The position numbers and the translations under genes are program-made. This document shows, piece after piece, positions 25,092 through 37,967 of a DNA stretch of 64,000 nt. The notes beneath the pieces are model-generated. The model had not been told where the DNA came from, searched no databases, and was given only the letters and a program-made list of their open reading frames with translations. Within the stretch, counting starts at the first letter, position 1, and each line of letters opens with the position of its first letter. The stretch is from Octopus sinensis (taxonomy: Eukaryota): NCBI RefSeq assembly GCF_006345805.1, contig NC_042999.1, positions 105,462,001-105,526,000 on the forward strand, read 5' to 3'.

Positions 25092-26210
25092 ATCAGTAAA
25101 GCAATCAACAGAGTTGACTATAATATCGTACTCTCAAAGTTGACAAATGTTGGAATCCGTGAAAAACTTCTACACTGGATTGAGTATTTGGTAGAGAACA
25201 GAACACACGTTGTGATCGGTGGAATCTACTCAAGCCCAGCAAAAGTCAACGGTGGTGTCCCTCAAAAATATCTCTTGGGCCCGATTCTCTTTATAATCTA
25301 TATGAATGCCCTTTCAGCACCATAAAACACAACAAAATGAAAATATTCGCTGATGACTGTAGGCTTCAGAAAATTAACAATGAAGAAGGAGACCGAACTC
25401 AACTCCAGTTTAATCTACATGCTGTGATCAATGGGCAGAAAAAACAAAATGTAACTAAACGAGGGAAGATTTAAGCTGATGCATTTTGGAAAAAAAAACT
25501 ATGCTAAAATAGCCATACTCTCCTCCTTCACGGCAACCTCTCACAGCATCTAATAATATCAAAGACCTAGGAGTAATTGTTGATAACAACCTCTGTTGGA
25601 GTGCCAACATCAACAAGAAGGTCGATATAGCTCGTAGGATGAGCTCCGGAATCTTAAGAACATTCCGGTCCATGGAACAAGGTGTCATCCTTCCACTTTT
25701 CTCCTGCTTTGTACGGCCACACCTTGAAAACTGTTCTCCCCTGTGTTCTCCCCATCAAAAGAAAGCATCTCGAAAATTGAATCAACCCAGAGGTCATTCA
25801 CTAAAGGAATTAAGAACATGACTGATTACTCGATTGCTGAGACAGCCTTAGGGCATTGAAACTATATTCTCTCCAGCTTCACCGTGAGCGATACATTATT
25901 TGCACGATGTGGAGAATAAACCACAAGCATTGCTCAAACGACCTCATCATTAGCTTCAAAGGCTAGGACTACGGGCCATATGTCCCCTACCAAATTCAGG
26001 ATCACAACGCATAAAACACTGCAACACAATTTCTTTACCTCAACAGGCCCTGGCCTGTCTAACATTGTTCTGAAACAGATTAAAGAAGAAAACGATCCGA
26101 CTACATTTAAACGGAATCTGGAAAAACTTCTTCAAGGAATGCCAGATAAACTACCTATATTTGGATAAAACTCAGTCAAGAATCATGGTCCATACTCGAA
26201 TGGACCATGA
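25092..26210 (+). mobile_element. CR1/L2-group LINE, degenerate RT and 3' region
   Basis: KAINRVDYNIVLSKL..GIREKLLHWI...GGVPQKYLLGPILFIIYMN, IFADD, DLGVIVDNNLCWSANI and FVRPHLENCSP. Confidence 0.85.
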
Positions 26211-28312
26211 TACTACAAAATTTGACTTTAAAAGCATTTAGATAATCTTATCAGGTGGTGCTATTAAGTTAGACATGGCCTAGACCAATTTTTGGAAGAT
26301 TATACTTAGAAAGTAGATATTAGTTTGTCTTATAGAAATTCTCGATATTTGTAATTTAATGAAGATTCGATTTTGATTTAACAATTTCCCATCATCATCG
26401 ATTTACGCACGCATATAACCATATAAAATCCGCAGACTCATGTATTAAATCTTGCATCTTTATATTTTTCCATTATATGATATTGGTTCAAATATAATAT
26501 TAACCTTTTTTCCCACAGTTTATTGGTGATCTATAATATAAAATGAGAATAGCAGATTTTAGTTGATCGCCTTATTTAACTTCCAGACAGCTATTCAGCA
26601 GAGATGCAAGTACTGGTCATGTAATCTGTCAGATATATAAACTTTACGGCATCATATATACTGAGGAAGTCAGATGCCTCGGTCGTTCTTCTAGAAATAG
26701 AAACCAACTCTCCTTGGCATCAGTCTATTCTGCCCTAAAAAGAAACAATTTATTGAATATTTAGTTATTCAATCTGGGAAGTAACATGTAATAATCTTAT
26801 ACGTGAAGCTTTTAATATAATATCTGTTGATTCAGAACTCAAATGTAAGTGAGCAACAAGTCCAGCTTCCAACCGCATTGAAATATATAACCATATACAT
26901 ACTGAAAAAAAGTTACTCAGGAAGTTACTATTAATCCAGCCTCCGAAAATCACTGGTGTTTCTGTGACACTCATTCTTATATTATTATACTATATTAGGC
27001 ATTTATGCCTGTGTAGTAGTAATATATGTCGCGCATCAAGTAAAACTCCCCGACCATACCCAGAATTTCTCTTCATAAATATATAACAATAACATCGTTT
27101 CTTCCTAATTTGCTTCCTGAGCTGCACTCTGAGGCCCACGTCATTTATAAAAATAAAAATAAAGACACATACGAAGTCTTACATGTCATACCGCACTTAG
27201 AGTTTCCTTTCATCCTAGGAAAATGAATTTTCAGCTCATAAAATATTATGAAAGGTACACTTGATGGTTCTGCTCTTTTGTCTAAGCTTTGCTTGTTAAT
27301 ACTTTGTCGTTTTACTTTTAAGACAGCCAGATGTGCTTATTTCAAAAGCTTTCTGATAATTTCACCATGTTTTCGACAGTATTGAACTGGCACTTTTATG
27401 CATTTGAGGAAATTATTTTCTTGCATGTTGCAACAAAATTTTAAAATAGCAATCATATTCGAATTGAATGTATATTGCGTGGAATAGGTTTCCATAAGGA
27501 TGTTTTGAAGTTAAGGCAATAGAACAATTTTGATGTAATTTTATTAAATTCTGTAACAAATGTAATAAACTTTCCTCAAGTTTAATACTACAATTTCTAT
27601 TAAATCAGATTAAATATAAGAGACTAAGCGTCTCCGTGGAAAAACAAAACGTAACCGAATCATATGATTCGTGCAAAATCCGGGATAAACTGATTAATTA
27701 CTACTCAAGTGACCAGAAACATCGCGCGTACACACACACATGTGCACACACGGACACACACGCACACACAACGTAATTATACGAAACAATAAATCTGAAG
27801 CATTATTTTGATATGCTGTCAAAACTGTATTAATAGAAAGAAAACAGTAGTATCAGCCTGTCTTGATAAAAAGAGCAAAATGTACTTAAGTAGATTCATT
27901 TGTACTATGCTTGTTATTAGTATTGATATCGCGACATAAATGGTAGTGGGATGAAAAGCACACACATATACACACACACACACTCAAACACACATATATA
28001 GAGTCGTTTATCTGTATGTATCTATGTATGTGTGTAGTGTATGTATGCATACATGTATGTATGTAATGTGTTTATGTAGTGTATATATTTAGCGTATGTA
28101 TGCATGTAGTGTATGCAAGTGTATATAAAGATACTACGTGTATATATGATGAAGGGAGACAGAGTTACAGAGTGAGGGAAATAACAACAACACTTTTCTC
28201 CAGATATCAACACATATGTTCCCATTTAAAATTTTGTGATATTAATAATTTTAAAACATAATTTATTCAGACAATTTTGGACGCTTTTAAATTCTTAGAG
28301 ATAGATGCATTA

Positions 28313-28977
28313 TGCGAGATGCTTTCAGAAAGTCACTGACTACACTTTTCACCGCCAAACTTAATGCTGCGTTTACAAAATCGGTTGGGTGGGAGTTCAC
28401 GGCGCCTTCCTGCGCATAGCTGACAAATTTTGTCTGAGTAGGCCGCGTCAGTTACCGGCTGTTACGCTAAGTGTACAAACGTGTAGTGCGCGTTCGTTGG
28501 ATTTTTGAACGCATCGACTAGAGACCAATATGTCATCAGCAGTGATGATAGTTTTCATGAAGTCTGGATCATGTTTGCATAGTTCGGCATAGCCTGAGCG
28601 ATTTCTGTGTGGCGTTGCTTGTGCTGTTCCACCATCATCGAAACGAATGTCGCCGACACTCTCCGCATGCAGAAATCCTCTGTTAAAATGGAATGCACTG
28701 ATCCTCTGGTCATTCCGAGTTCTTGAGTAATTTCCTGAATTGTTACACAACGGTCTTCTCTGACTGGTCGTCGAACCTTTTCAATCGGCTCGTCGTTTGG
28801 GCTTGTGGTTGGATTAATTGATCGTGTCTCCCTCTCCACTGAGGTGTGGTCATGTTTGAAAATCTTCACATGCACAGGAAGGGCGGCGCCATATTCCACT
28901 CACAGGGTTTTGCCCAGGCGGCAACCGTTTTGATATGAAAAAAATAAAATTCGTATAGTTTTTGAACGCACCTCGTA
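28313..28977 (-). mobile_element. Deleted and rearranged mariner transposon
   Basis: Imperfect TIRs at 28313-28333 and 28957-28977 (16/21 matches, right end ...cctcgTA). The minus strand encodes NDEPIEKVRRPVREDRCVTIQEITQELG..SVHSILTEDFCMRRVSATFV...DPDFMKTIITADD. Confidence 0.85.
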
Positions 28978-29789
28978 TTTCACAGCCTATGGCTTACAAG
29001 GATTCATTGAATGTGACGCCTTGGACACTTGCTAACTGCAAAGATTCAAATGTATGGTCACGACTTGGATGCATTTACATGTGTTTGGATGCCTTTAGAT
29101 GTGTAACTAATAAATACTAACAACAATCGTTCCATAATAATTTAGGTAAACTACTTTGATTTATCTTCGTCTGTATAACCATTTAGTCACTTCATTTTAT
29201 GAAACCCAACAGTAGACTTTGACATAATAACATGCGATCAAATTATTCACTAGTTTTATTAACATATGTAACATAAACCATATTTTCAGAAATAAAAGGA
29301 ATTTTATGTTTATTAGGTATAATATTGTAAAGCCAATTGTATGATATTGTAAAACAAGATGTCTTTATAAAATACATGCACAGAATCCATTAAATCTCTT
29401 TAATCCCGAATATACGGTATTAATTCACAAGTAGCTCGTTACCTGGAGTTTAAAATGACCAGATGTACAATAAACGGCTGCAGTTAATATGAACACATTA
29501 TTCTTTAAATTGGCATAAACATACAATGCATCGTGCTGACGAAACATTATTTGTTCAAAAACTCGAGCGAGAAGAAACCTATTCTTTTTTGCAATATACG
29601 ATCTCACATGTTATAAAACCATATGTGACTTAAACAAAAACGCAATACCTTAGTCGTTTGCAAATTGCAGTATAGATGTACTTCGTCAAGAGTAAACCAG
29701 AGCGAAACGAAAACCAATTCTATTACAGATCTATAGTATTGGCTTTGCGCATCGAACCTTTTAATGGAAGAAAGAAATAAGGAAAAAGG

Positions 29790-29831
<42 letters not shown>

Positions 29832-31394
29832 GTGAGTGTGAGAGAGACAAAGAGAGAGAATTTCGTTACACTGTACCATACCATATTGCAGAAGAAAAGG
29901 ATATATTGCACAATGTATCTCTGGATGAACTACATGTCATAGCACGAATTAGGTTGATAATAGATTAACTCGACAGGACTTAAAGAGAGAAAATAGTTAT
30001 AAAAACAGTGGGTGTGGGCATATTTCACTCATGTTTATTCAATTGTTTGCAAAAGAAAATGAAATGCATATATAATTGAAAAAACTATTTATTTTAGAGA
30101 AATGTGATTGACATTTAAATATGATAGCATTTTCAATAAAAAAGTTGATAAAAGATTTGAGAAGATATGAATTCCTGAATATATTTTAGAATTCAGCAGA
30201 TTAAACGAAAATGTACATTACAGGGAAAATATACAATTTCGTGAGAAATTGAGTGTTGATTTCGTGCTGTGTCAGAAAGATTGAAGATGATTTCATAATG
30301 CCTCAGGAAAATCAAACAAAAACAAAAAAACAGCAATCTGATGTAAATGTCAAAAATCATGGCGCTTACATAAACAATGAGAACAGTTTTAAATAAGCAC
30401 CCAACAATATCAAGTTGTACAGGCAGGATTCTGTTTCTCTGTTCGTCTTTTTTCTTACCAGCTCACATTTACTCACAGTTTATCCAAATGTGAGTTTATA
30501 TTGTATACACTCACTTATATACGCACAAACATATGTATCCATGTACGTATGTATGTGTCTGTAAATCAAGTTCTGGGATTGGATTCGTTAACGTGACAGA
30601 CAAATGTGCAGATGTAATGTGCATAAAATTTTTTTATACTTACAATCACACATAAATACGAGATACACAAGCATGTATTTGTATATACAGAAATAAAATT
30701 TTCACAATCTATATACGTTACAAGAAAATAAATATACGCTGACACGTAGACAAAAAGGAAAGTTTTGTGGTTTTCATTTATAGATTTTAAATGAATAGAC
30801 AGACCATTTGACACATTTTAAAGAAAATGAAAAGTTTAAGGAGTCTTTTGTGATGAGGAAAAAATTGTTATTGAACTTTGGGATTTTAAGATTGTGTTAT
30901 GGGAAACGAAAAATAAGAAGACATAAATATACGTTACGCAACAAACTAGAAGCCAACATAAAATTTAAAATATAAAATAACATAAAACATTAAAAATGTG
31001 CAGCATCATGTTATATCAAAACAAAACTACGCAAGAACCGAACACGAAATCGTAGCAACATAGACAAAAATAAAAGTTTGAAAGATTTTAATAAAGATGA
31101 GTATAAACAAAGCGAATCAATAGATAAATGTCATGTAAAAGCCGTGAGACTTGACTGTAATAAATATATTTTAGAATTATTGGTTATGGAAAGGACACAA
31201 AGCTTTTAGCTTGAAACCTAAAATTTGCTGACATTGTGAAACAGATTTAAAATTTACAACTATATACCCTTCTTTTCTCATAATGCTATGTTGCTTCATG
31301 GAAATGAACTTCGGCAATACGCACTCATATAAAAGCACAATTATATACTTACAGATTCGCACACATGCACATAGACATACACACATGCATATAC

Positions 31395-31435
<41 letters not shown>

Positions 31436-31693
31436 AAGCTGGATACATAAATACATATATAATTATCCATCTACACGTTGACACATATATATGCATATAT
31501 TTATATACATAAATATATGTATATGTATATATATGTATCTATGTATGTATAACACACACACACACACATATATATATATAATATATATATATATAATATA
31601 TAAGATATATATATATATATATAAGATATATATACATATATATATATATACATATAATATAAATATATATATCTATATATATATCTATAATAT

Positions 31694-31808
<115 letters not shown>

Positions 31809-31818
31809 ATATATATAT

Positions 31819-31853
<35 letters not shown>

Positions 31854-32098
31854 TTATACTAAGTTCCATCATGAGCCTATACGCTTATACTGTACAATTA
31901 TTAAAATTTTGATTCATACTATTATGCTGGTTGCTTGTTTCATTAATTTCATACTGTATGCGTAATTTTTCATGAATATAGAGGAGATTACAAACTTTAG
32001 GTTAAAATGTTTAAGTGTATATGGGCCTACAAAATCACACACACTAAATAAATCAACAAGCCGCAGCGCAAACACTCGTATACAAAATGGCAGATATA

Positions 32099-32140
<42 letters not shown>

Positions 32141-32141
32141 G

Positions 32142-32187
<46 letters not shown>

Positions 32188-32200
32188 CCTATCTATCTAT

Positions 32201-32837
32201 ATCATTTTCATCATCCTTGTGGCTATGGCGAAAGAATGTATCTGGTGGACGCGTCTGAAAGGATTGGAGACAAACACTTTCCTCTCTGGTCAATCTCTCA
32301 TCAACTTCTTCAAGTACCACTTGAAAAGGAAAGTGAGAGTAGAGAGGCAAGTTTTGTCTAGCGAATGTTTTAAAAAAAGATGGGTGAATGTAGCAAGAAT
32401 GGCACGTATGAATGACGAAGCCACCTTGAGCATAGTCCTATGAACCCAGAAATCGAAAACAGAGAGTTGCTTATTTGCAAAAAAAAAAAAAAAAAAAAAA
32501 AAGAAATATAAAATGTGACTTCATTGACCGAGGTTACCGTGGTCTTTTCCGCAGGCTTTTCTTTCCACGGGTAAACCTCACCTGTCCTTCCCTTTACACT
32601 TCATATTGACATTTCTGTGATAACGATCCCTATTGATCATTTTTTTTTCCTCTCCCCCCCCCCTTTTTTTTTTTAACCCCCCTTATTTTTGTCCTCTTTC
32701 TCTCCTTTTACGATCCCTTTTGATCGAACCTCCCCCTTCCTTTTTTTTTTTTTTTTTTTTTTAATACCTTCAAAAGAAAAGCTCTACCTTGTAATTTGTT
32801 CTATCTGTGTGCAGCCCTGTGTGGCTAATAAAGAAAC
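32201..32837 (+). mobile_element. Tx1/L1-type LINE 3' fragment (ORF2 C-terminus plus 3' UTR) inside (TATC)n
   Basis: ILVAMAKECIWWTR...FFKYHLKRKVRVERQVLSSECFKKRW resembles the Tx1 ORF2 C-terminus. Stop at 32443; ends AATAAAgaaac followed by (TATC)n. Confidence 0.6.
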
Positions 32838-32903
32838 ATATCTGTCTATCTATCTATCTATCTATCTATCTATCCATCTATCTATCTATCTATCTATCTA
32901 TCT

Positions 32904-33300
32904 TTGAGCATAGTCCTATGAACCCAGAAATCGAAAACAGAGAGTTGCTTATTTGCAAAAAAAAAAAAAAAGAAATATAAAATGTGACTTCATTGACCGA
33001 GGTTACCGTGGTCTTTTCCGTAGGCTTTTCTTTCCACGGGTAAACCTCACCTGTCCTCCCCTTTACACTTCATATTGACATTTCTGTGATAACGATCCCT
33101 ATTGATCAATTTTTTTTTCCTCTCCCCCTTTTTTTCTTTTTTTTTTTAACCCCCCCTTTTTTTTGTCCTCTTGCACTCCTTTTACGATCCCTTTTGATCG
33201 AAACTCCCCCTTCCTTTTTTTTTTTTAAACCTTCAAAAGAAAAGCTCTACCTTGTAATTTGTTCTATCTGTGTGCAGCCCTGTGTGGCTAATAAAGAAAC
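32904..33300 (+). mobile_element. Second, more strongly 5'-truncated copy of the same Tx1-type 3' end
   Basis: Near-identical to 32426-32837 with the same 3' junction, flanked by (TATC)n. Confidence 0.7.
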
Positions 33301-33319
33301 ATATATCTATATCTATCTA

Positions 33320-33374
<55 letters not shown>

Positions 33375-33381
33375 AAATCTT

Positions 33382-33413
<32 letters not shown>

Positions 33414-33426
33414 CATCCATCCATCC

Positions 33427-33494
<68 letters not shown>

Positions 33495-35152
33495 GTCTAT
33501 CTATCTATCGAAACGCATATTCTTGTGTTTGTATGCATGGTTATAATATGTATATGTGTGCGATTGTACTTTTCGAAAACACAAACATATGTCTAACCGC
33601 AGCCTTTATTTGACCATTTGTCTGGTTGTGCTTCCTGACGAAGCTGAATGAGAATACAAGGTTGTTTAGTCCTAAGACCACTACCTTGTCTTTATGGTCT
33701 TTTAAACTTTATAAGAATATCTGAAACGAAAGTGCTTAACCATTGTCGTGCAAATCAGCTTTTACGTGGCAATTGATCACTCTACATTCTGTATATATGA
33801 AGATGTATGAAAGCGTGAAGGGGAAAAGTGGAAGACAGAGAGGGGATACAGTGACTCGGGTTGCAACACAGAGAATAGCCCTTTGAAGAGCATGTGTATT
33901 AACATAAAGCTATGGGATTTCTGCACGTCCCGCGTGTCCAGAAATATTGAAATCATTCTATATGATAACTGAAGCACTAAGTATGATTGATAGTTAATGT
34001 TATCTAATATTCACGTTTTGGTTTTCTCAAATGAGAGAATTAATCAACAGCACGCTTAATTGGGCTTATTTTCGTGCTGTTTGTTCATACAGTATGTCAG
34101 GTAAAATATGTCTAAGCGATGTTTCGATTCATCCACATTTGATAGATATTTTAATCCAAACCTAGCCTATATCATCTTCAAATCTAAAATGTGTTTAATG
34201 CAATCAGGAATGTCGAGGTTGAGACAAGTTAATAAGGAAATTACCAACTCTCCTGAGAATTAGAAATATCAAAATTCTACAATTGCATTTTAAGTTGCTT
34301 CGTTCCAAAGTCAAATCACTTTGGAGAATATTTCATACGATCTAGATTAGATTTCTATTAATCATTAAGATCCTACTGTAATCATGGATTTTGTTATAAA
34401 CATTGACAATACTGAAACCCTGCCGATAATGAGTACAACACTTTTGATTATACCCGGCAATACTTCCCACACGTCAGTTAAGTCTGTCTACGTCGGTAAA
34501 ATTTTCCATTGGAATTTGAGATAAATATCGGGTACGTTATTTTCGAATTTACCCAAATAGCACTGCACATCGTCAAAACAATCGCGCGATATTTAAAGCA
34601 ATCAAAGATACTTATGGTATGCTTCAGTGAGCTACCTGAAATACTTAGTAATTAGTTTATATATCTATAACCCTATTCATATATTATCTATTCATCAAAG
34701 ACTATTTCATCTGAAAAGTACTGCACGTGAATAAGAAACTCCGCTATAATTTTACACGGTGAGCTTCCCGGAACAAATTATCTGGACGGACGGCGGACCT
34801 GATTTACTTCCTTCTTTTACACTATTTTAGCTTAACTAGTTAAGAAAAGGTGATATAATTAACTCACTCAGTAAACCTTCAATAAATAATTTTATTCATC
34901 CAGTAATGAGTGAATCGTCACCTGGTGTTAATGGAACTTACAATATATATATATATATATATATATCAATGCATGTATACATATGTATATGTATGTATAT
35001 AAATATCAATCTGTGCACTGGCGTGTGCACATATACCTTACACTTGCTTTGAAGGTGACGTTAATAAATATACTTCTCTGGTTGTCAAAAACTTGCTATT
35101 CGCAAGTGGAATACATAATTATTTATCATCAGAGACCTCAATATGGCTGCAA

Positions 35153-35217
<65 letters not shown>

Positions 35218-35219
<2 letters not shown>

Positions 35220-35601
35220 CGCAGGAGTGGCTGTGTAGTAAGTAGCTTGTTTACCAACCACATGGTTCCGGGTTCAGTCCCACTGCGTGGCACCATGGGC
35301 AAGTGTCTTCTACTATAGCCTCGGGCCGACCAAAGCCTTGCGAGTGGATTTGGTGGACGGAAACTGAAAAGAAGCCCGTCGTATATATGTATATATATAT
35401 GCGTGTGTGTGCTTGTGTGCCTGTGTTTGTCCCCCTAGCATTGCTTGACAACCGATGCTGGTGTGTTTATGTCCCCGTTACTTAGCGGTTCGGCAAAAAG
35501 AGACCGATAGAATAAGTACTGGGCTTACAAAAAGAATAAGTCCCGGGTCGAGTTGCTCGATTAAAGGCGGTGCTCCAGCATGGCCACAGTCAAATGACTG
35601 A

Positions 35602-35606
<5 letters not shown>
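35218..35606 (+). mobile_element. Full-length tRNA-derived SINE (cephalopod type)
   Basis: Head with A-box-like tggctgtgtagtaag and B-box-like gggttcagtccc, an internal (TA)/(TG) tract and a 3' end ...gtcaaatgactgaaacaa. Flanked by (TA)n. Confidence 0.85.
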
Positions 35607-35657
<51 letters not shown>

Positions 35658-35949
35658 TAGACAATTTTTGTGGCATATTCATAAATACTCTCATGATGAT
35701 GTAATATGTTTGGAAAAATGTATAGCATTGAAAAGTAAGGAAGGATTAAAATTAAGGGGAAAGCGTAAGTTAATTGTGGAAGATGGTAGAAGATGGGCTG
35801 GCAATAAAAAAAAATTGTTTTGAAAAACATTTTCCAGACTACACTTTTGTTGAATATATTTTAATGGGGAAATGAAACTGCCATTGCTCAAGATTTGATG
35901 ATTCCTTCGGAATGTCACTCTGTCGGTTACAATAACAAAGTTCCTAGTT

Positions 35950-36223
35950 GATTCGGTCAATTGAATAGCTTGCTTGATAAATTAGCGTGCAAGTGGCTGA
36001 TGACTCCACAGACACGTGCACCGTTAAAATTATTCTCAGGAAGATTCAGCCTGACAGAGACTGTGACAAAGCTGGCCATTTGAAATACAGGTTCAACTAA
36101 TTTTACCAACTGAATGGACTGGTGCAACGTGAAATAAAGTGTCTTGCTCAAGGACACAACGCACCGCTGGGAATCGAACTGATGACCTTACGGTTGGCAT
36201 CGGAATTCCTTAAGCACTAAGCC
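35950..36223 (-). mobile_element. tRNA-derived SINE, second family
   Basis: Minus strand shows B-box-like agttcgattccc followed by gcgttgtgtccttgagcaagacact. Confidence 0.7.
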
Positions 36224-36273
36224 TTCGAATATGCATGTAAATATAAAGTGCTGGGACTTATATATATATATGC

Positions 36274-37505
36274 AAGGAAAATTTTTTTTAAAAATGCAGA
36301 ATGCTCAAATGAAAGAAAATTTTAATAAAATGAGAAATTGATAAAATATATAAATATATATTTATTCAACCGGTTTTCGTCATTGTATGACTTGTTAAGA
36401 ATATTTATGTTTTAAAAAGTTTTTTTAAAAATTAGAAAGGGGAAAAAAAGAAAATTGCATTGTTTTTCCAAAAGAATAATGATAAAAATGTACAAAAATT
36501 AAAAAATAAGTACTCCGATACATTGTGAGTTCGTTGTGTATCTTGAGTTTTATGATTGTTCACGAAAAAATTACCTTGAGGTATTAAGATCCAAAGGGAT
36601 TAAGAGCATGTGTTGTGTGGTTTAATTCAGCATGTTTGCAGGACAGGAAGTAGTAGTAATTGTGGTTCTTCAGTTCCTGTGTTGTGAGTAAGGGGAGACT
36701 ACTCTTTTGAGTTCTTCAATAAGGGCTGTCGGTAAAACCCAAATTATAAAATTATCATTTTAGCTTCATTTGCGTTATCTTTTTTATATAATTGCTTGTT
36801 AACTTAACTTTCAGATTTTAACACTTTATTTATATTATTTTCTAATTATATAAATCTGCATAGACAATTACATTTCAAATTGTCATATCATTTATAATAA
36901 AAATGATAGTAATAACAACAATAGTAAAAATGATATTTAAAGAATATAAGCTTTAGCTTGAAGTGATGAATGCATGGTATCTTTATATATTTGTGTTAGT
37001 CCATCCATGAAGAGTGAGGTAGAGAAAGGAAGTTTGATCAACGAGGAGTTTGCATATTAAGTTGTGTTTGGAATTTTTCAATAAAGAGATTCTCCTTGTT
37101 AATTCTCTCCTGTGTGGTGATCCCGTCTTTACATTGTTAGAAGGGGAATATATAGAATTTGGGGTTAAAGTCTTTAGCACATGAGTCTAAGTGGTCACTC
37201 AGTGGAATTTGTCGGTATTCCGGGAGATTTATTTGTTCTTTATGCACCGTTACTTGTTTACGTAACGGGAGACTCGTTTGTCCAACATAATTATGTTGGC
37301 AACCAGCGCATGTGAGAACGTAGATAAGGTTCTCGGAGGAACAGGAGAAGTTAGTCTTGATTTTAAACTTCGTACCTTGTTTGAAGGTAAATTCAGAGCC
37401 TTCAAGTAGAAAGGGGCAGGTACCACAGTTTGAGCGTGCACATTTTTTTACTGTTGGGGGTGGATGTGGTGTGTGAAGTTTGGCATTTGTCAAGAGTTTT
37501 TTAAA
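36274..37505 (-). repeat. Inverted copy (pseudo-LTR) of the PLE 3' end
   Basis: Reverse complement of 39598-40832 with only a handful of differences. Contains the GIY-YIG coding part (ORF 37137-37604). Confidence 0.95.
36363..36403 (-). ncRNA. Degenerate hammerhead-like motif in the inverted pseudo-LTR
   Basis: Exact reverse complement of 40703-40743. Confidence 0.4.
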
Positions 37506-37967
37506 ACGAACCCAATCACACACGAACCCAATCACCACAACTACATACCCCCCTACATCCCCCCCATACAATCTACCAGACACACACCCACAAACCCATC
37601 GCATTTCTCACAAAACCTTATACCATCGCATCCCATACCAACATAAATACCACAACTACCTACCCCCCTCCAACCTCCCCACCCAAAAACACTCCTACAC
37701 ATACAACCAGAACTTTAACAAAGAATACACCCCTTACCTCAACAACCATTTTTTAGACAGAGGAGAAAAATACAAACACCACCGCTAACACAGACCCAAA
37801 ATAAGAAAACAAAAATTATAAACCTCTCCAGCAAAACACTGACACCAACCCAAATCAACATCCTAGCAAGAGGTTTGAAATTCACACCCACCCCAAGAAC
37901 ACCCAACCCCCCGGAGGTCAAGGATGACGTTTCTGAATTCTCCTGAAAACTACGCCTAACAGAAGCT

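Noticed and set aside
25349-25380. ctgatga...cagaaa
   Set aside because: This is the FADD codon run of the CR1-type RT; no hammerhead stems are present.
33630-33770. ctgacga followed by agctga...tcagct
   Set aside because: No GAAA, stem III or stem I in the required positions.
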